Positions 21,201 through 29,413 of a stretch of DNA of 35,219 bases are shown in pieces. The position numbers and the translations under genes were made by a program. The stretch spans positions 1-35,219 of the forward strand of contig JAJDBI010000105.1 of NCBI GenBank assembly GCA_029261435.1, given 5' to 3'. Numbering within the stretch: position 1 is the stretch's first letter; each line of letters starts with the position of its first letter. A model generated the notes under the pieces. It worked only from the letters and a program-made list of their open reading frames with translations, had not been told where the DNA came from and searched no databases. This stretch comes from Nitrospinaceae bacterium (GTDB lineage Bacteria; Nitrospinota; Nitrospinia; Nitrospinales; VA-1).

Positions 21201-21391
21201 CTGGAAATCAACGCCAATAAAGTCTTAAAGAAATCCGGATATAGTTTTTCAAATTGTGCATGGTCAGCCAAAGCAATGAGATCTTTCCACGCATTTTTAG
21301 GATCACGAAGCGCAAAATCCTGCAAAGGCTCAAACAGAGTTTCATCCCAGAGTTGACGTTGATGAATTCGGTGGATCAATTTTACAGGCAT
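18230..21391 (-). CDS. glnE: bifunctional glutamine synthetase adenylyltransferase / adenylyl-removing enzyme
   Basis: 1053 aa with two nucleotidyltransferase halves, each carrying G.GK.GG.ELN..SD.D and a GlnE-C region (GGIREVEF / GGLADIEF). Confidence 0.9.
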   Translation of the reverse strand: MPVKLIHRIHQRQLWDETLFEPLQDFALRDPKNAWKDLIALADHAQFEKLYPDFFKTLLALISSSHNADMALHNFERFSEKISDKDYLYTQLIESPSLFQALVFLFSGSQILSDVLLREPSYVDWLNQPETLENSKSKDMLMRDFYEMAGDEFQSKNIFSALRKFKKREYVRIGLRDLLGKVEFQETVEDISNLADVCLQAAYEHADRELRKKYGTPFYQDADENWKESEFAILGMGKLGGCELNYSSDIDLIYIYTSSQGETRPADEGDASIRSISNHEYYSKLALEISKSLNEITSEGNVFRVDLELRPEGKSGEIVNSLVSCEVYYESWGRTWERQALIKARVSAGSENLGKEFFEMIEPFIYRRSLDFEAIEEIKSMKHKINKSLKGKHSKGNIKLGFGGIREVEFFVQAYQLLLGGRDKTLRVRDSLGAMKTLYEKNILTEEGHDRLREAYIFLRNLENRVQITFGLQTYLLPDNETDLAVLARKMRISGDSQKSLADNLMSEYESHTQFVGKMFAEQFVEKEKREAAETISREWDRSRVGEEQFTESRIAEIPLLSDPKRAYRFLESLRDGALFSHPSVQSIQEFYSIIPKIFQQCGKVPRPDSAIDNLCRFVEATGARESFLNLFQENEKFLELLLILFGSSGMLSQILIRRPDLVDVLTDMDSVYRYKQADKIQEDFDRALKKSTDFDSKSTVLRRIKQAEELRIGVRYLIKEADLAGTLEDLSNLADVFLETVYRIACEELEKKSSNGNLRNFCIIGMGKQGGRELNFGSDLDVLLVYDEGKCDSPPEGFAAYYSALSQLIYKLTSEITSAGYAYKIDTELRPEGDAGVLVLSVEGYEKYFDSRARIWEQQSLVRARAVAGNAEVGKKFIESSQKFVYQDKFEYGALIEVSRLRERMEQELAKETTKGKNVKLGFGGLADIEFAVQILQLMHGKKFSRLRETNTISALQNFVALGLVDQGMAEDLQGSYLFLRNLECVLRIIRQAPTNNLPKENKELAPVARLLGYEGEDADTLADALLADYDLHTQRVRKHYRKTIGSLLRAH

Positions 21392-21434
21392 GGATTTATT
21401 TTCGTAGTAGTTCGGATGTTTAGGCTAATCTATC

Positions 21435-21468
21435 AAAAAAAAAACCCCTGGGAGAACCCAGGGGGTTT
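21435..21468 (-). terminator. rho-independent terminator downstream of glnA
   Basis: The minus strand reads cccctggg-ttct-cccagggg (8-bp GC stem, 4-nt loop) followed directly by T10. It sits about 25 nt after the glnA stop. Confidence 0.85.
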
Positions 21469-21491
21469 AAAAGTCCTGGTTTTTTCCAGAA

Positions 21492-22904
21492 TCAGCAATC
21501 GTAATACATTTCGAATTCCAGAGGATGCGGTCGTAAACGCAGAGGGTCAATTTCATTCTCACGCTTATACTCGATCCAGGTTTCGATCAGATCCTGAGTG
21601 AACACATCACCCTTGAGAAGGAATTCATGGTCCGCTTCCAAAGCTTCAAGTGATTGATCCAAAGAATGTGGCAAAGTAGGAATATTCGCCAACTCTTCCG
21701 GTCCGAGGGAGTAAATATTTTTATCCAACGGCTCACCAGGGTCGATTTTATTTTCAATGCCATCCAATCCAGCCATTAGCATGGTGGCAAACGTCAGATA
21801 GCCATTGCAGGAAGGATCGGGGAAACGGATTTCCAACCGCTTGGCTTTGGGACTTGGTGAGTACATCGGGATTCTGATGGACGCACTTCTGTTCCGACTT
21901 GAATAAGCCAGGTTGACCGGGGCTTCAAAACCCGGAACCAGGCGTTTGTAGGAGTTGGTCGTCGGGGCAGCAAAAGCACAAATCGACCGTGCATGTTTCA
22001 AGATACCACCGATGTAGTGCATTCCCATTTCACTGAAACCCGCATAGCTGTTTCCAGCAAACAGGGGCTTGCCATCCTTCCAAATACTTTGATGAACATG
22101 CATCCCGGTACCATTATCGCCAAACATGGGCTTGGGCATGAAGGTCGCCGTTTTGTTATTTGCCCGGGCAACGTTTTTAACGATATATTTGTACCACATC
22201 AAGCTATCGGCACATTTAACCAGTGGAGCAAATCGCATTGCGAGCTCGTTCTGTCCGCCAGTTGCAACTTCATGATGGTGACACTCCATGCTGATACCAA
22301 CCTCCTCCATGGTCAACATCATTTGAGAACGAATGTCCTGAAAAGTATCGTTGGGAGCTACCGGGAAATAACCTTCTTTATGCCTGGGTTTGTGGCCCAG
22401 GTTAGGGCCTTCATCTCGACCAGTGTTCCAGTTCCCTTCCACAGAATCAATCGAATAAAACGATTCATTCGTGGTGGAATCATATTGGATATTGTCAAAA
22501 ATAAAAAATTCGGCTTCGGGTCCAAAATAAGCCGTGTCACCAATTCCGGTGGATTTGAGAAAGGCTTCCGCTTTCTGGGCAATATTACGAGGATCACGAC
22601 TGTATTTTTCCTTGGTGACCGGGTCCACAATATTACCTATCATGCTGACCGTCGGTTCTTTCGTGAACGGGTCCATGACCGTAGTGGTCGGGTCAGGAAT
22701 AACTATCATGTCACTGGCATTAATGGCCTGCCATCCGCGGATGCTGGAGCCATCGAAACCCAGGCCTTCATCAAACAAATGTTCTTCCAACTCACTCATC
22801 GGTACAGAAAAATGCTGCCAGGATCCAAGTAGATCCATGAACTTTACATCTACTACTCGAGCATTATTCTTTTTTGCGAAATCCACTGCCTCTTTGGGGG
22901 TCAT
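21492..22904 (-). CDS. glnA: glutamine synthetase type I
   Basis: 470 aa with [43 protein letters not shown]. Adenylylation-site context [11 protein letters not shown] (Tyr398, codon 21711-21713). AGGAG RBS. Confidence 0.95.
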   Translation of the reverse strand: MTPKEAVDFAKKNNARVVDVKFMDLLGSWQHFSVPMSELEEHLFDEGLGFDGSSIRGWQAINASDMIVIPDPTTTVMDPFTKEPTVSMIGNIVDPVTKEKYSRDPRNIAQKAEAFLKSTGIGDTAYFGPEAEFFIFDNIQYDSTTNESFYSIDSVEGNWNTGRDEGPNLGHKPRHKEGYFPVAPNDTFQDIRSQMMLTMEEVGISMECHHHEVATGGQNELAMRFAPLVKCADSLMWYKYIVKNVARANNKTATFMPKPMFGDNGTGMHVHQSIWKDGKPLFAGNSYAGFSEMGMHYIGGILKHARSICAFAAPTTNSYKRLVPGFEAPVNLAYSSRNRSASIRIPMYSPSPKAKRLEIRFPDPSCNGYLTFATMLMAGLDGIENKIDPGEPLDKNIYSLGPEELANIPTLPHSLDQSLEALEADHEFLLKGDVFTQDLIETWIEYKRENEIDPLRLRPHPLEFEMYYDC

Positions 22905-22958
22905 TAAAGTATCTCCTGCAAAAAATAGTTAAGAGTTATATATACAAAAATAAGACGC

Positions 22959-22991
22959 AAAAAAAACCGGAGCCGTCAAATTCGGCCCCCG
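22959..22991 (-). terminator. intrinsic terminator/attenuator hairpin between glnB and glnA
   Basis: The minus strand reads cgggggccg-aatttga-cggctccgg (7 contiguous pairs including one G-U) followed by T8. It lies 55 nt upstream of the glnA ATG. Confidence 0.6.
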
Positions 22992-23013
22992 CTTTAAACT
23001 TAATATCCAGCAA

Positions 23014-23027
23014 TCCCAAATTTGGGA
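23014..23027. repeat. perfect 14-bp palindrome TCCCAAATTTGGGA in the glnB-glnA spacer
   Basis: Read directly; it is its own reverse complement. It lies between the glnB stop (23078) and the spacer terminator. Its function is unknown. Confidence 0.9.
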
Positions 23028-23077
23028 ATATCTGCTTGTCAGGTCAAAAAAGAGACGGGCTAACTAAAAAAACTGGA

Positions 23078-23440
<363 letters not shown>

Positions 23441-23544
23441 TCAAAAACGATCCGGGCTGGTGGACGACTTTCCTTATGACCAGAATCTTTGCCAAGTCAT
23501 AACGATTCTTCTTCAGAAACCCCCTAACCAGTCATTGCTACTTA

Positions 23545-23562
23545 CTTCAATTTTCATGCCAA
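23545..23562 (-). promoter_or_regulatory. weak sigma-54-like -24/-12 element upstream of glnB
   Basis: The minus strand reads TTGGCATGAAAATTGAAG. TGGCAT-N5-TTGA has correct spacing, but the -12 GC is GA. It lies about 130 nt upstream of the glnB ATG. Confidence 0.2.
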
Positions 23563-23715
23563 TAAGAATTTTTACGGCCTCTTGGCAGGTCTCGCAAAAA
23601 GTCTATAGATTTAAAGGGGTTTACAATACGGCGAACTATATCACAACCAATGGGCAAATTCAAACGCGGATAGATGCCCCAATTTTAGGCATCCAAGGGC
23701 TGGAAATGTTTACTT

Positions 23716-24378
23716 TTAAAGCGTTTTTTGCCCTTCATCGCTGGCTTGAGTTATGCGATTGAGAGTGCTTTCCAGTTCCAATCGTTTTTCCTCAATGCTT
23801 TGCTCTGACGGTTTCCGCGAGAGTGTGATCGGAGATGAGAAGTTAAGGGAACAACGGGTGAAAGGCAGGGGAATGACAAAACGATCCCAACTATTTAAGA
23901 CTATTTTATTATTGGCCCCAAAGGTCATGGCAAAAACAGGTGCTCCGGTTATTCCCGCCAACTGCACCGATCCTGGTTGGGCCACGCACCTTGGTCCACG
24001 TGAGCCATCGGCAATAATGATAATCCTCTGGTTCCTGCGCAAAACTTTTATCAGTGACCGAGCTGCAGGAACAGCTTTCTTATAACTGGAACCTCGAATC
24101 ACAGAATACCCCATCAGTCGAGCAAGCCGGGCCAGAAGATCGCCATCCGCACTCGGGCTGATCAATAGAAAATAATCGGGGTGTCGGCGAAGATAATAAA
24201 ACAGGTAAAAGATTCTGCCATGCCACAAGGTGAGAATATAGGGCCCGGTAAGATTCTTAAAATGGTTTTCTTCTTCCTCATTCAGGTTCTTTGAGCGAAT
24301 AGTCAGACACCAGATATAAATCAGCCCAAAAAGAAGGTACGGGAGTACGTAATTAAACAGGAGTTTTTTCATTGGCAT
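23716..24378 (-). CDS. DUF374-type lysophospholipid-acyltransferase-like membrane protein
   Basis: N-terminal TM helix, LTLWHGR, SPSADGDLLARL, ADGSRGPR, RF.IPLPF: the DUF374 pattern. Its start overlaps the lpxB 3' end by 26 nt. Confidence 0.7.
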   Translation of the reverse strand: MPMKKLLFNYVLPYLLFGLIYIWCLTIRSKNLNEEEENHFKNLTGPYILTLWHGRIFYLFYYLRRHPDYFLLISPSADGDLLARLARLMGYSVIRGSSYKKAVPAARSLIKVLRRNQRIIIIADGSRGPRCVAQPGSVQLAGITGAPVFAMTFGANNKIVLNSWDRFVIPLPFTRCSLNFSSPITLSRKPSEQSIEEKRLELESTLNRITQASDEGQKTL

Positions 24379-25534
24379 CCAATTTATTCATTACATCAGC
24401 AATGCGTTTCGCCACAACTTTCATGACTTCAGGATCTCCAAGAGTACTCTTGATTTTATGGAGTCGCTCGCGAACTGCCTTTTCTTTTTCTGGAGCACGT
24501 AAAACCGCAAGCACCTCAGCACAAATATTTTCAGCCGTCACTTTACCCTGTATCAACTCAGGCACAACCTCTTCCTCTGCGACAATATTCACCAGACCTA
24601 CCAATGGAGCATTCACTAACAACTTTGCCAGCATGTATGTCAAGGGATTCAACTTATAGATGATGACCATGGGGCATCCAATAATTCCAGCTTCCAAAGT
24701 TGCAGAACCGGATGCAATGATCAACATGTCACAACTATTCATCACATCATAGGGTTCTCCCTCGACCAACTGAATGCCAAGCGGGTTAGCTCCCAGACGT
24801 TGGCGAATCAGATCCGGGTCTATGGAGTCGGCAACAGGGAGAAGAAACTGGCAGGAACCTAATTCGCTACAGATTTTTTCCGCTGCTTGAATCATCACAT
24901 CTAAAAGAGAGTTGACCTCGTTCATCCTGCTTCCGGGTAGCAACCCAATGGTCTTGACTTCCGGGTTCAGGGAATATTTTTCACGACTCTCTTCGCGGGT
25001 TCGGCTGGGGTGAACCAGGTCCACAAACGGATGCCCTAGAAACTCTGCGTTCACCCCGGCATCCAAATACATTTTTTCTTCAAATGGAAGAATGACAAAC
25101 ATTTTACTAACAGAATCTCTAATATCCCGGATTCTTCCCTTTCTCCAAGCCCAAACTTGCGGACTGATAAAATAGAACACCGGGCAATCAAAACGTTTGC
25201 CCTGTTTTGCCAGTCTAAGATTCAGGGTTGGGTAGTCAATAAGAATAACCGCATCATAACGACGTGAAGCGATCTCCCTCATCAATCTCCTATAGACTTT
25301 ATAGTAATGATCAAAGTCGCCCAGAACTTCCACTATCCCGACAGCACCCATACGCTCAATACCAAAGAGCGTATCCACGCCAGCTTCCCGCATTCTGGCT
25401 CCGCCCATTCCAGTGAAACGAGCTTTGGGTAAACGAGTCTTTAATGCGGATACCAGCTTCGAGCCATGTAAATCTCCCGATGCCTCACCAGCAATAATTA
25501 AATAATTCGGAGAATCTCCGCAGGTAGTTTGCAT
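24353..25534 (-). CDS. lpxB: lipid-A-disaccharide synthase
   Basis: IIAGEASGDLHGSKLVSAL, ILIDYPTLNLRLAK, ISPQVWAWRKGR, ASGSATLE. 393 aa. Confidence 0.92.
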   Translation of the reverse strand: MQTTCGDSPNYLIIAGEASGDLHGSKLVSALKTRLPKARFTGMGGARMREAGVDTLFGIERMGAVGIVEVLGDFDHYYKVYRRLMREIASRRYDAVILIDYPTLNLRLAKQGKRFDCPVFYFISPQVWAWRKGRIRDIRDSVSKMFVILPFEEKMYLDAGVNAEFLGHPFVDLVHPSRTREESREKYSLNPEVKTIGLLPGSRMNEVNSLLDVMIQAAEKICSELGSCQFLLPVADSIDPDLIRQRLGANPLGIQLVEGEPYDVMNSCDMLIIASGSATLEAGIIGCPMVIIYKLNPLTYMLAKLLVNAPLVGLVNIVAEEEVVPELIQGKVTAENICAEVLAVLRAPEKEKAVRERLHKIKSTLGDPEVMKVVAKRIADVMNKLDANEKTPV

Positions 25535-25596
25535 TATCTTTATTCTGCTCTCACAACGTTTTGGCTTATCATCTTACTGCTCTATTCCTTACATGG

Positions 25597-26403
25597 CTAA
25601 ACGCAGGTCACAGCAATTTTCGCATCATTAGCCAGATCAAGAACTTTCTCTTGCTCCACCACCATGACTCGTTCTGCCTCTAATGCCAAAACAGATCCTT
25701 CACTCAGCATTCGAATGGTTTGCGGGCCAATGCCAGGGCTGTCATAACGGTAATCCTGATTGGTCCTGCTGACTTTAATCACCACACATTTCCCCTGAGA
25801 CAACTCACATCCTCTTTGAATAGCATGGTCTGTTCCCTCAAGAGCTTCAACAGCCACCACCGTTTTGTTTTTTACTATGAGGGTCTGACCAATTTCCATA
25901 TCTGCTAATTTTCGTGCAATGGGTAGTCCAAATTCAATATCTTCCAACTCCTGCCTGGTTGGCTCTCTACGAGTCAGGTTTCCTTTTGGAGGAAAAATAT
26001 CAGACAAAAATTCTTTCTGACTTAGAACAGTAAAACCTTCCTTTTGCAGCTCTTCAATCATTCCCAAAAGCAGAACCTTGTCCTCATGCGTCACGATATT
26101 TTTTAAAAACTTAAGCGTCTTAAGGTCGAATTTCTGTAATTTAAAAATGACACTCTTTTCGACCTTACCCAGAATCAGCAGATCTTTGACATTGTTCTTT
26201 TTAAACGTATCAAGAATTTTTCCCGCCTGACCGACTCCAATCGCATAACTCATTTGGGAAAATGGCATCAAACCATTTTGGATTTCTTCTGTGAAACCAA
26301 CGCTGATAATTTTTATTCCCAACTGGCTGGCCTTGCGCGCAAAATATATGGGGATTTCTCCAGCTCCGGCAATAAGGCCTATTTTTTCATGGGTGGGTTG
26401 CAT
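25597..26403 (-). CDS. lpxI: UDP-2,3-diacylglucosamine pyrophosphatase LpxI (DUF1009)
   Basis: KIGLIAGAGEIPIYFA near the N-terminus, GQTLIVKNKTVVAVEALEGTDHAIQRG, YDSPGIGPQTI. Located between lpxA and lpxB. The start is uncertain: ATG at 26403 (family-like N-terminus) or GTG at 26469 (ORF-track start). Confidence 0.8.
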   Translation of the reverse strand: MQPTHEKIGLIAGAGEIPIYFARKASQLGIKIISVGFTEEIQNGLMPFSQMSYAIGVGQAGKILDTFKKNNVKDLLILGKVEKSVIFKLQKFDLKTLKFLKNIVTHEDKVLLLGMIEELQKEGFTVLSQKEFLSDIFPPKGNLTRREPTRQELEDIEFGLPIARKLADMEIGQTLIVKNKTVVAVEALEGTDHAIQRGCELSQGKCVVIKVSRTNQDYRYDSPGIGPQTIRMLSEGSVLALEAERVMVVEQEKVLDLANDAKIAVTCV

Positions 26404-26495
26404 AATGATGGACAAAGAAGATTGCGGAAGGCGTGCCCGTTTCCGCGATGAGGTGATTTGCGAGACCACTGTACCCGTTCGTACAAGCCGTGAAA

Positions 26496-27461
26496 CTAAT
26501 TTTGTCTTTTTCGATTGAACTGGGCCAGAATATCCAAGGCGATTTCCAGCGAATAAAGCTCGTCATTCACCGCAACATTTCTAGGACTTCCATTTTTAAC
26601 GCAATCGATGAAATGCTGGAGTTCCAACTTGAGAGGATTATCTTTGTGGACAAAAATCCTTTCGACCAACGACTCCTGCTTGTATCGCAGTGAACCTTTG
26701 CTCATTTGATGCTCGGAGGAGGATTTCCTGTGAACATAAATTTCCTGATCGGTGTAATCCAAAACCACGAAAGAATCTTTCTGTGTCACCGACAAGGTGC
26801 GGACTTTATTCTGCGAAGCTCGGCTGGCAACTATATTGGCAATGCACCCATTCTCAAATTCGAGTTGAGCGCTCACAAGATCATCTATTTCTGTAAAGAC
26901 CGAAGCTCCAACAACATGGGCTGTAACCACTTTCGATTTGATCAGGTTAAGAATGATATCTATATCATGAATCATGATATCAAGGACCACTCCGTCATCC
27001 CTCACTCTTTCTGCGAAAGGTCCCATGCGCTTGCATTCGACAAAAAGTGGAGTCTCTACAATTTTATGAAGTTCCTGAACCGCCCCATTAAAACGTTCCA
27101 CGTGACCAATGTGCAAAGTCAGGCTCTTGTCTTGAGCTAACTGAAAAAGCTCGCGAGCGTGATCGAGGTTGTTGGCGCAGGGTTTCTCCAGTAGAACATG
27201 GATGCCATTCCCAAGTAGTTCCCTGGTGACAGGATAATGTAGCATTGTAGGCACTGCGACTACCGCAACATCTACGCGCCCAAAAAGATCCTTACAGTCT
27301 GAATAAGTCGGAACATGATAGATATCTTGAATGGCCTTCCTTCGCTGAGGATCAACATCCACTACCCCAGCAAGTTCCACCCCTTGCATCTCGGACAAAA
27401 CCCCGACATGGTATTCACCCATCCTGCCCGCTCCAATGACACCCGCTTTTACTTTTGCCAC
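26496..27461 (-). CDS. Gfo/Idh/MocA-family NAD(P)-dependent oxidoreductase (GnnA-like position)
   Basis: VKAGVIGAGRMGEYH Rossmann motif and EKP motif (VLLEKPCA). The GTG start overlaps the lpxA TAG stop by 1 nt. Confidence 0.8.
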   Translation of the reverse strand: MAKVKAGVIGAGRMGEYHVGVLSEMQGVELAGVVDVDPQRRKAIQDIYHVPTYSDCKDLFGRVDVAVVAVPTMLHYPVTRELLGNGIHVLLEKPCANNLDHARELFQLAQDKSLTLHIGHVERFNGAVQELHKIVETPLFVECKRMGPFAERVRDDGVVLDIMIHDIDIILNLIKSKVVTAHVVGASVFTEIDDLVSAQLEFENGCIANIVASRASQNKVRTLSVTQKDSFVVLDYTDQEIYVHRKSSSEHQMSKGSLRYKQESLVERIFVHKDNPLKLELQHFIDCVKNGSPRNVAVNDELYSLEIALDILAQFNRKRQN

Positions 27462-28231
27462 TACTTGGTCACTCCTCTAGAGGAATTTTCTATAAAATCG
27501 ATGAGATATTGAATTTCATCAAACTTTTCAATTTCCGCCGTAATTTTTTCTACGGCCTGTTTGGTGTTCAGTTCCGGTTGGGCAATTACATTCAATGCTT
27601 TTTTTATCGCCGCCCGGACATCAGGTTTAAAGTTTGCCCGCTTGAGCCCCACCGCATTGGCACTGTACAACCGAGCCGGGTTTCCTTCAACGGTGGAAAA
27701 GGGAAGAATATCCTGATTTACACGTGCCATCCCTCCAACCATTGCATTCCGGCCGATCCGGACAAATTGATGAACACCCACCAAGCCCGAAATAAATGCC
27801 TTGTCTTCTACAATAACATGACCTGATAAAGCCGTGCTATTTACAACCACAACTTCGTTGCCTATCTCACAGTCATGACCGATATGCGAATAAGCCATGA
27901 GCAGACATCCGCCACCAACCCTGGTAACACCATTTTCAAAACCCGATCTATGAATGGTGACAAACTCTCGAATCACCGTTTCATCACCAATTTCCAGTGA
28001 AGTGGGTATGTCTTTAAAGTTAAGTATCTGGGGCTCGCCGCCCAGTGAGGCACCGTGAAAAATCCTACAGCCCCTTCCGATAATCGTACCCGACTCAATA
28101 ACTACATTGGGACCTACAACTGTCCCCTCACCGATCCGCACATTTGAGCCAATAGTCGTAAAAGGACCCACCTCAACTCCATGGGCTAATTCGGCATCTG
28201 TGTGAATGACTGCACTGGAATGAATGGTCAC
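27461..28231 (-). CDS. lpxA: acyl-ACP--UDP-N-acetylglucosamine O-acyltransferase
   Basis: Left-handed beta-helix hexapeptide repeats, GGEPQ, HIGHDC, and a C-terminal helical domain. 256 aa. Confidence 0.92.
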   Translation of the reverse strand: MTIHSSAVIHTDAELAHGVEVGPFTTIGSNVRIGEGTVVGPNVVIESGTIIGRGCRIFHGASLGGEPQILNFKDIPTSLEIGDETVIREFVTIHRSGFENGVTRVGGGCLLMAYSHIGHDCEIGNEVVVVNSTALSGHVIVEDKAFISGLVGVHQFVRIGRNAMVGGMARVNQDILPFSTVEGNPARLYSANAVGLKRANFKPDVRAAIKKALNVIAQPELNTKQAVEKITAEIEKFDEIQYLIDFIENSSRGVTK

Positions 28232-28311
28232 GTTCTAAAGGATAAAGCCATCATGATTGGCCGGAAAAAGACACGCGAAAATAAAAATGGTGAGCCTGCC
28301 CGTTTACAATA

Positions 28312-28743
28312 TCAGTCTTTACCGAGCATTGCCTGAATAGTGCACTCAGTAGCCAAAGCATCTCCTACAAATGCTTTGCCCTCAAACCGGAACAGCGTTC
28401 CTCTTTGCTTGATCTTAGTCAACTCAAGCCGCAATTGATCTCCCGGCACGACAGGTTTCCTGAACTTAGCCCCGTCTATACCGGTGAAGAACACGGAAGA
28501 CTGGCCCTCCTTGTTCATAATTTTAATTCCCAAAATACAGGCTACCTGTGCAAGAGCTTCGATAATAAGCACCCCCGGCATAACAGGGAACTCAGGGAAA
28601 TGCCCTTGAAAAAAAGGTTCATTGATCGTCACATTTTTGATACCGACAATGCGGGAGTCCATATCACATTCGATAATCTTATCGACCAATAGAAAGGGGT
28701 ATCTATGTGGGATGATCTTTTTGATTTCATTAATATCCATCAT
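28312..28743 (-). CDS. fabZ: 3-hydroxyacyl-ACP dehydratase
   Basis: IPHRYPFLLVDKI, FFQGHFPEFPVMPGVLIIEALAQ. 143 aa. Confidence 0.95.
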   Translation of the reverse strand: MMDINEIKKIIPHRYPFLLVDKIIECDMDSRIVGIKNVTINEPFFQGHFPEFPVMPGVLIIEALAQVACILGIKIMNKEGQSSVFFTGIDGAKFRKPVVPGDQLRLELTKIKQRGTLFRFEGKAFVGDALATECTIQAMLGKD

Positions 28744-28842
28744 ATTTGGAATCCGTTCTTACTGATGAAAGCTTTTGGCTTTGCCAGGAATTTCAGCGAG
28801 TGAACATGCGGGAGCAAGCAGCCTGCTATTGCCGTAACGAAA

Positions 28843-29385
28843 CTATTTATTCGCTCTGTCGTAGGCTCGTGTTGCGACACTTGTTAAATCATTGCCCTTA
28901 TCATGATAGAGAACAACCTTCTGCTCCAGAATCATTGTATATTTCTTTTCTTTACCAATTCTTTTTATGACGTCCATCATTTTAAGCAGAATTTTTTGGG
29001 TCATTTCTTTTTCTTGTTTTCCAAACTCCGCATTCTGATCCTGGACATATCTTTCAAATTCAATTTTTTCTTTTCTGAATTCATCTTCTTTTTTCTTTTT
29101 CAGTTCCGGATCCAGAACAAAACTTTGTTTATTCAAGTTCTCCAACATTTTTTTGATCTTTTGTTCCTTGATCTTGATTCTTTTTTTCTCTTTGGTGAAA
29201 TTGGATTTAAATTTATCGAAATTGGACTTCCACTCTTTAGTGCTGGAAACCGCTTTTTGAATATTCAAAAATCCTATCCGGCTATCTGCAGCAAAAGAAG
29301 AAACTACAAACGACCCACTAACCAGAAAACCCAAAATGAGTAGAGAGCAAATGAGCCTGAACTGCTTACAAGTTGTTAACTGCAT
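28843..29385 (-). CDS. skp: OmpH/Skp-family periplasmic chaperone
   Basis: Signal peptide, then IGFLNIQKAV and a long Lys/Glu-rich coiled region. It sits immediately downstream of bamA. Confidence 0.85.
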   Translation of the reverse strand: MQLTTCKQFRLICSLLILGFLVSGSFVVSSFAADSRIGFLNIQKAVSSTKEWKSNFDKFKSNFTKEKKRIKIKEQKIKKMLENLNKQSFVLDPELKKKKEDEFRKEKIEFERYVQDQNAEFGKQEKEMTQKILLKMMDVIKRIGKEKKYTMILEQKVVLYHDKGNDLTSVATRAYDRANK

Positions 29386-29413
29386 AAACCAGATCCTTTT
29401 TAAAGTTTAAGAA

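Noticed and set aside
21993-22832. 279-aa plus-strand ORF antisense to glnA
   Set aside because: Its codons are exactly in register with the glnA codons (both low coordinates are divisible by 3). In that frame, antisense stops arise only from sense TTA/CTA/TCA codons, a well-known source of long spurious ORFs. The product is low-complexity and basic, there is no RBS, and it is fully contained in a highly conserved gene.
23581-23600. Plus-strand CTTGGCAGGTCTCGCAAAAA resembling a -24/-12 element
   Set aside because: The GG-to-GC spacing is 8 nt rather than 10, and it points into the 3' end of a minus-strand gene.
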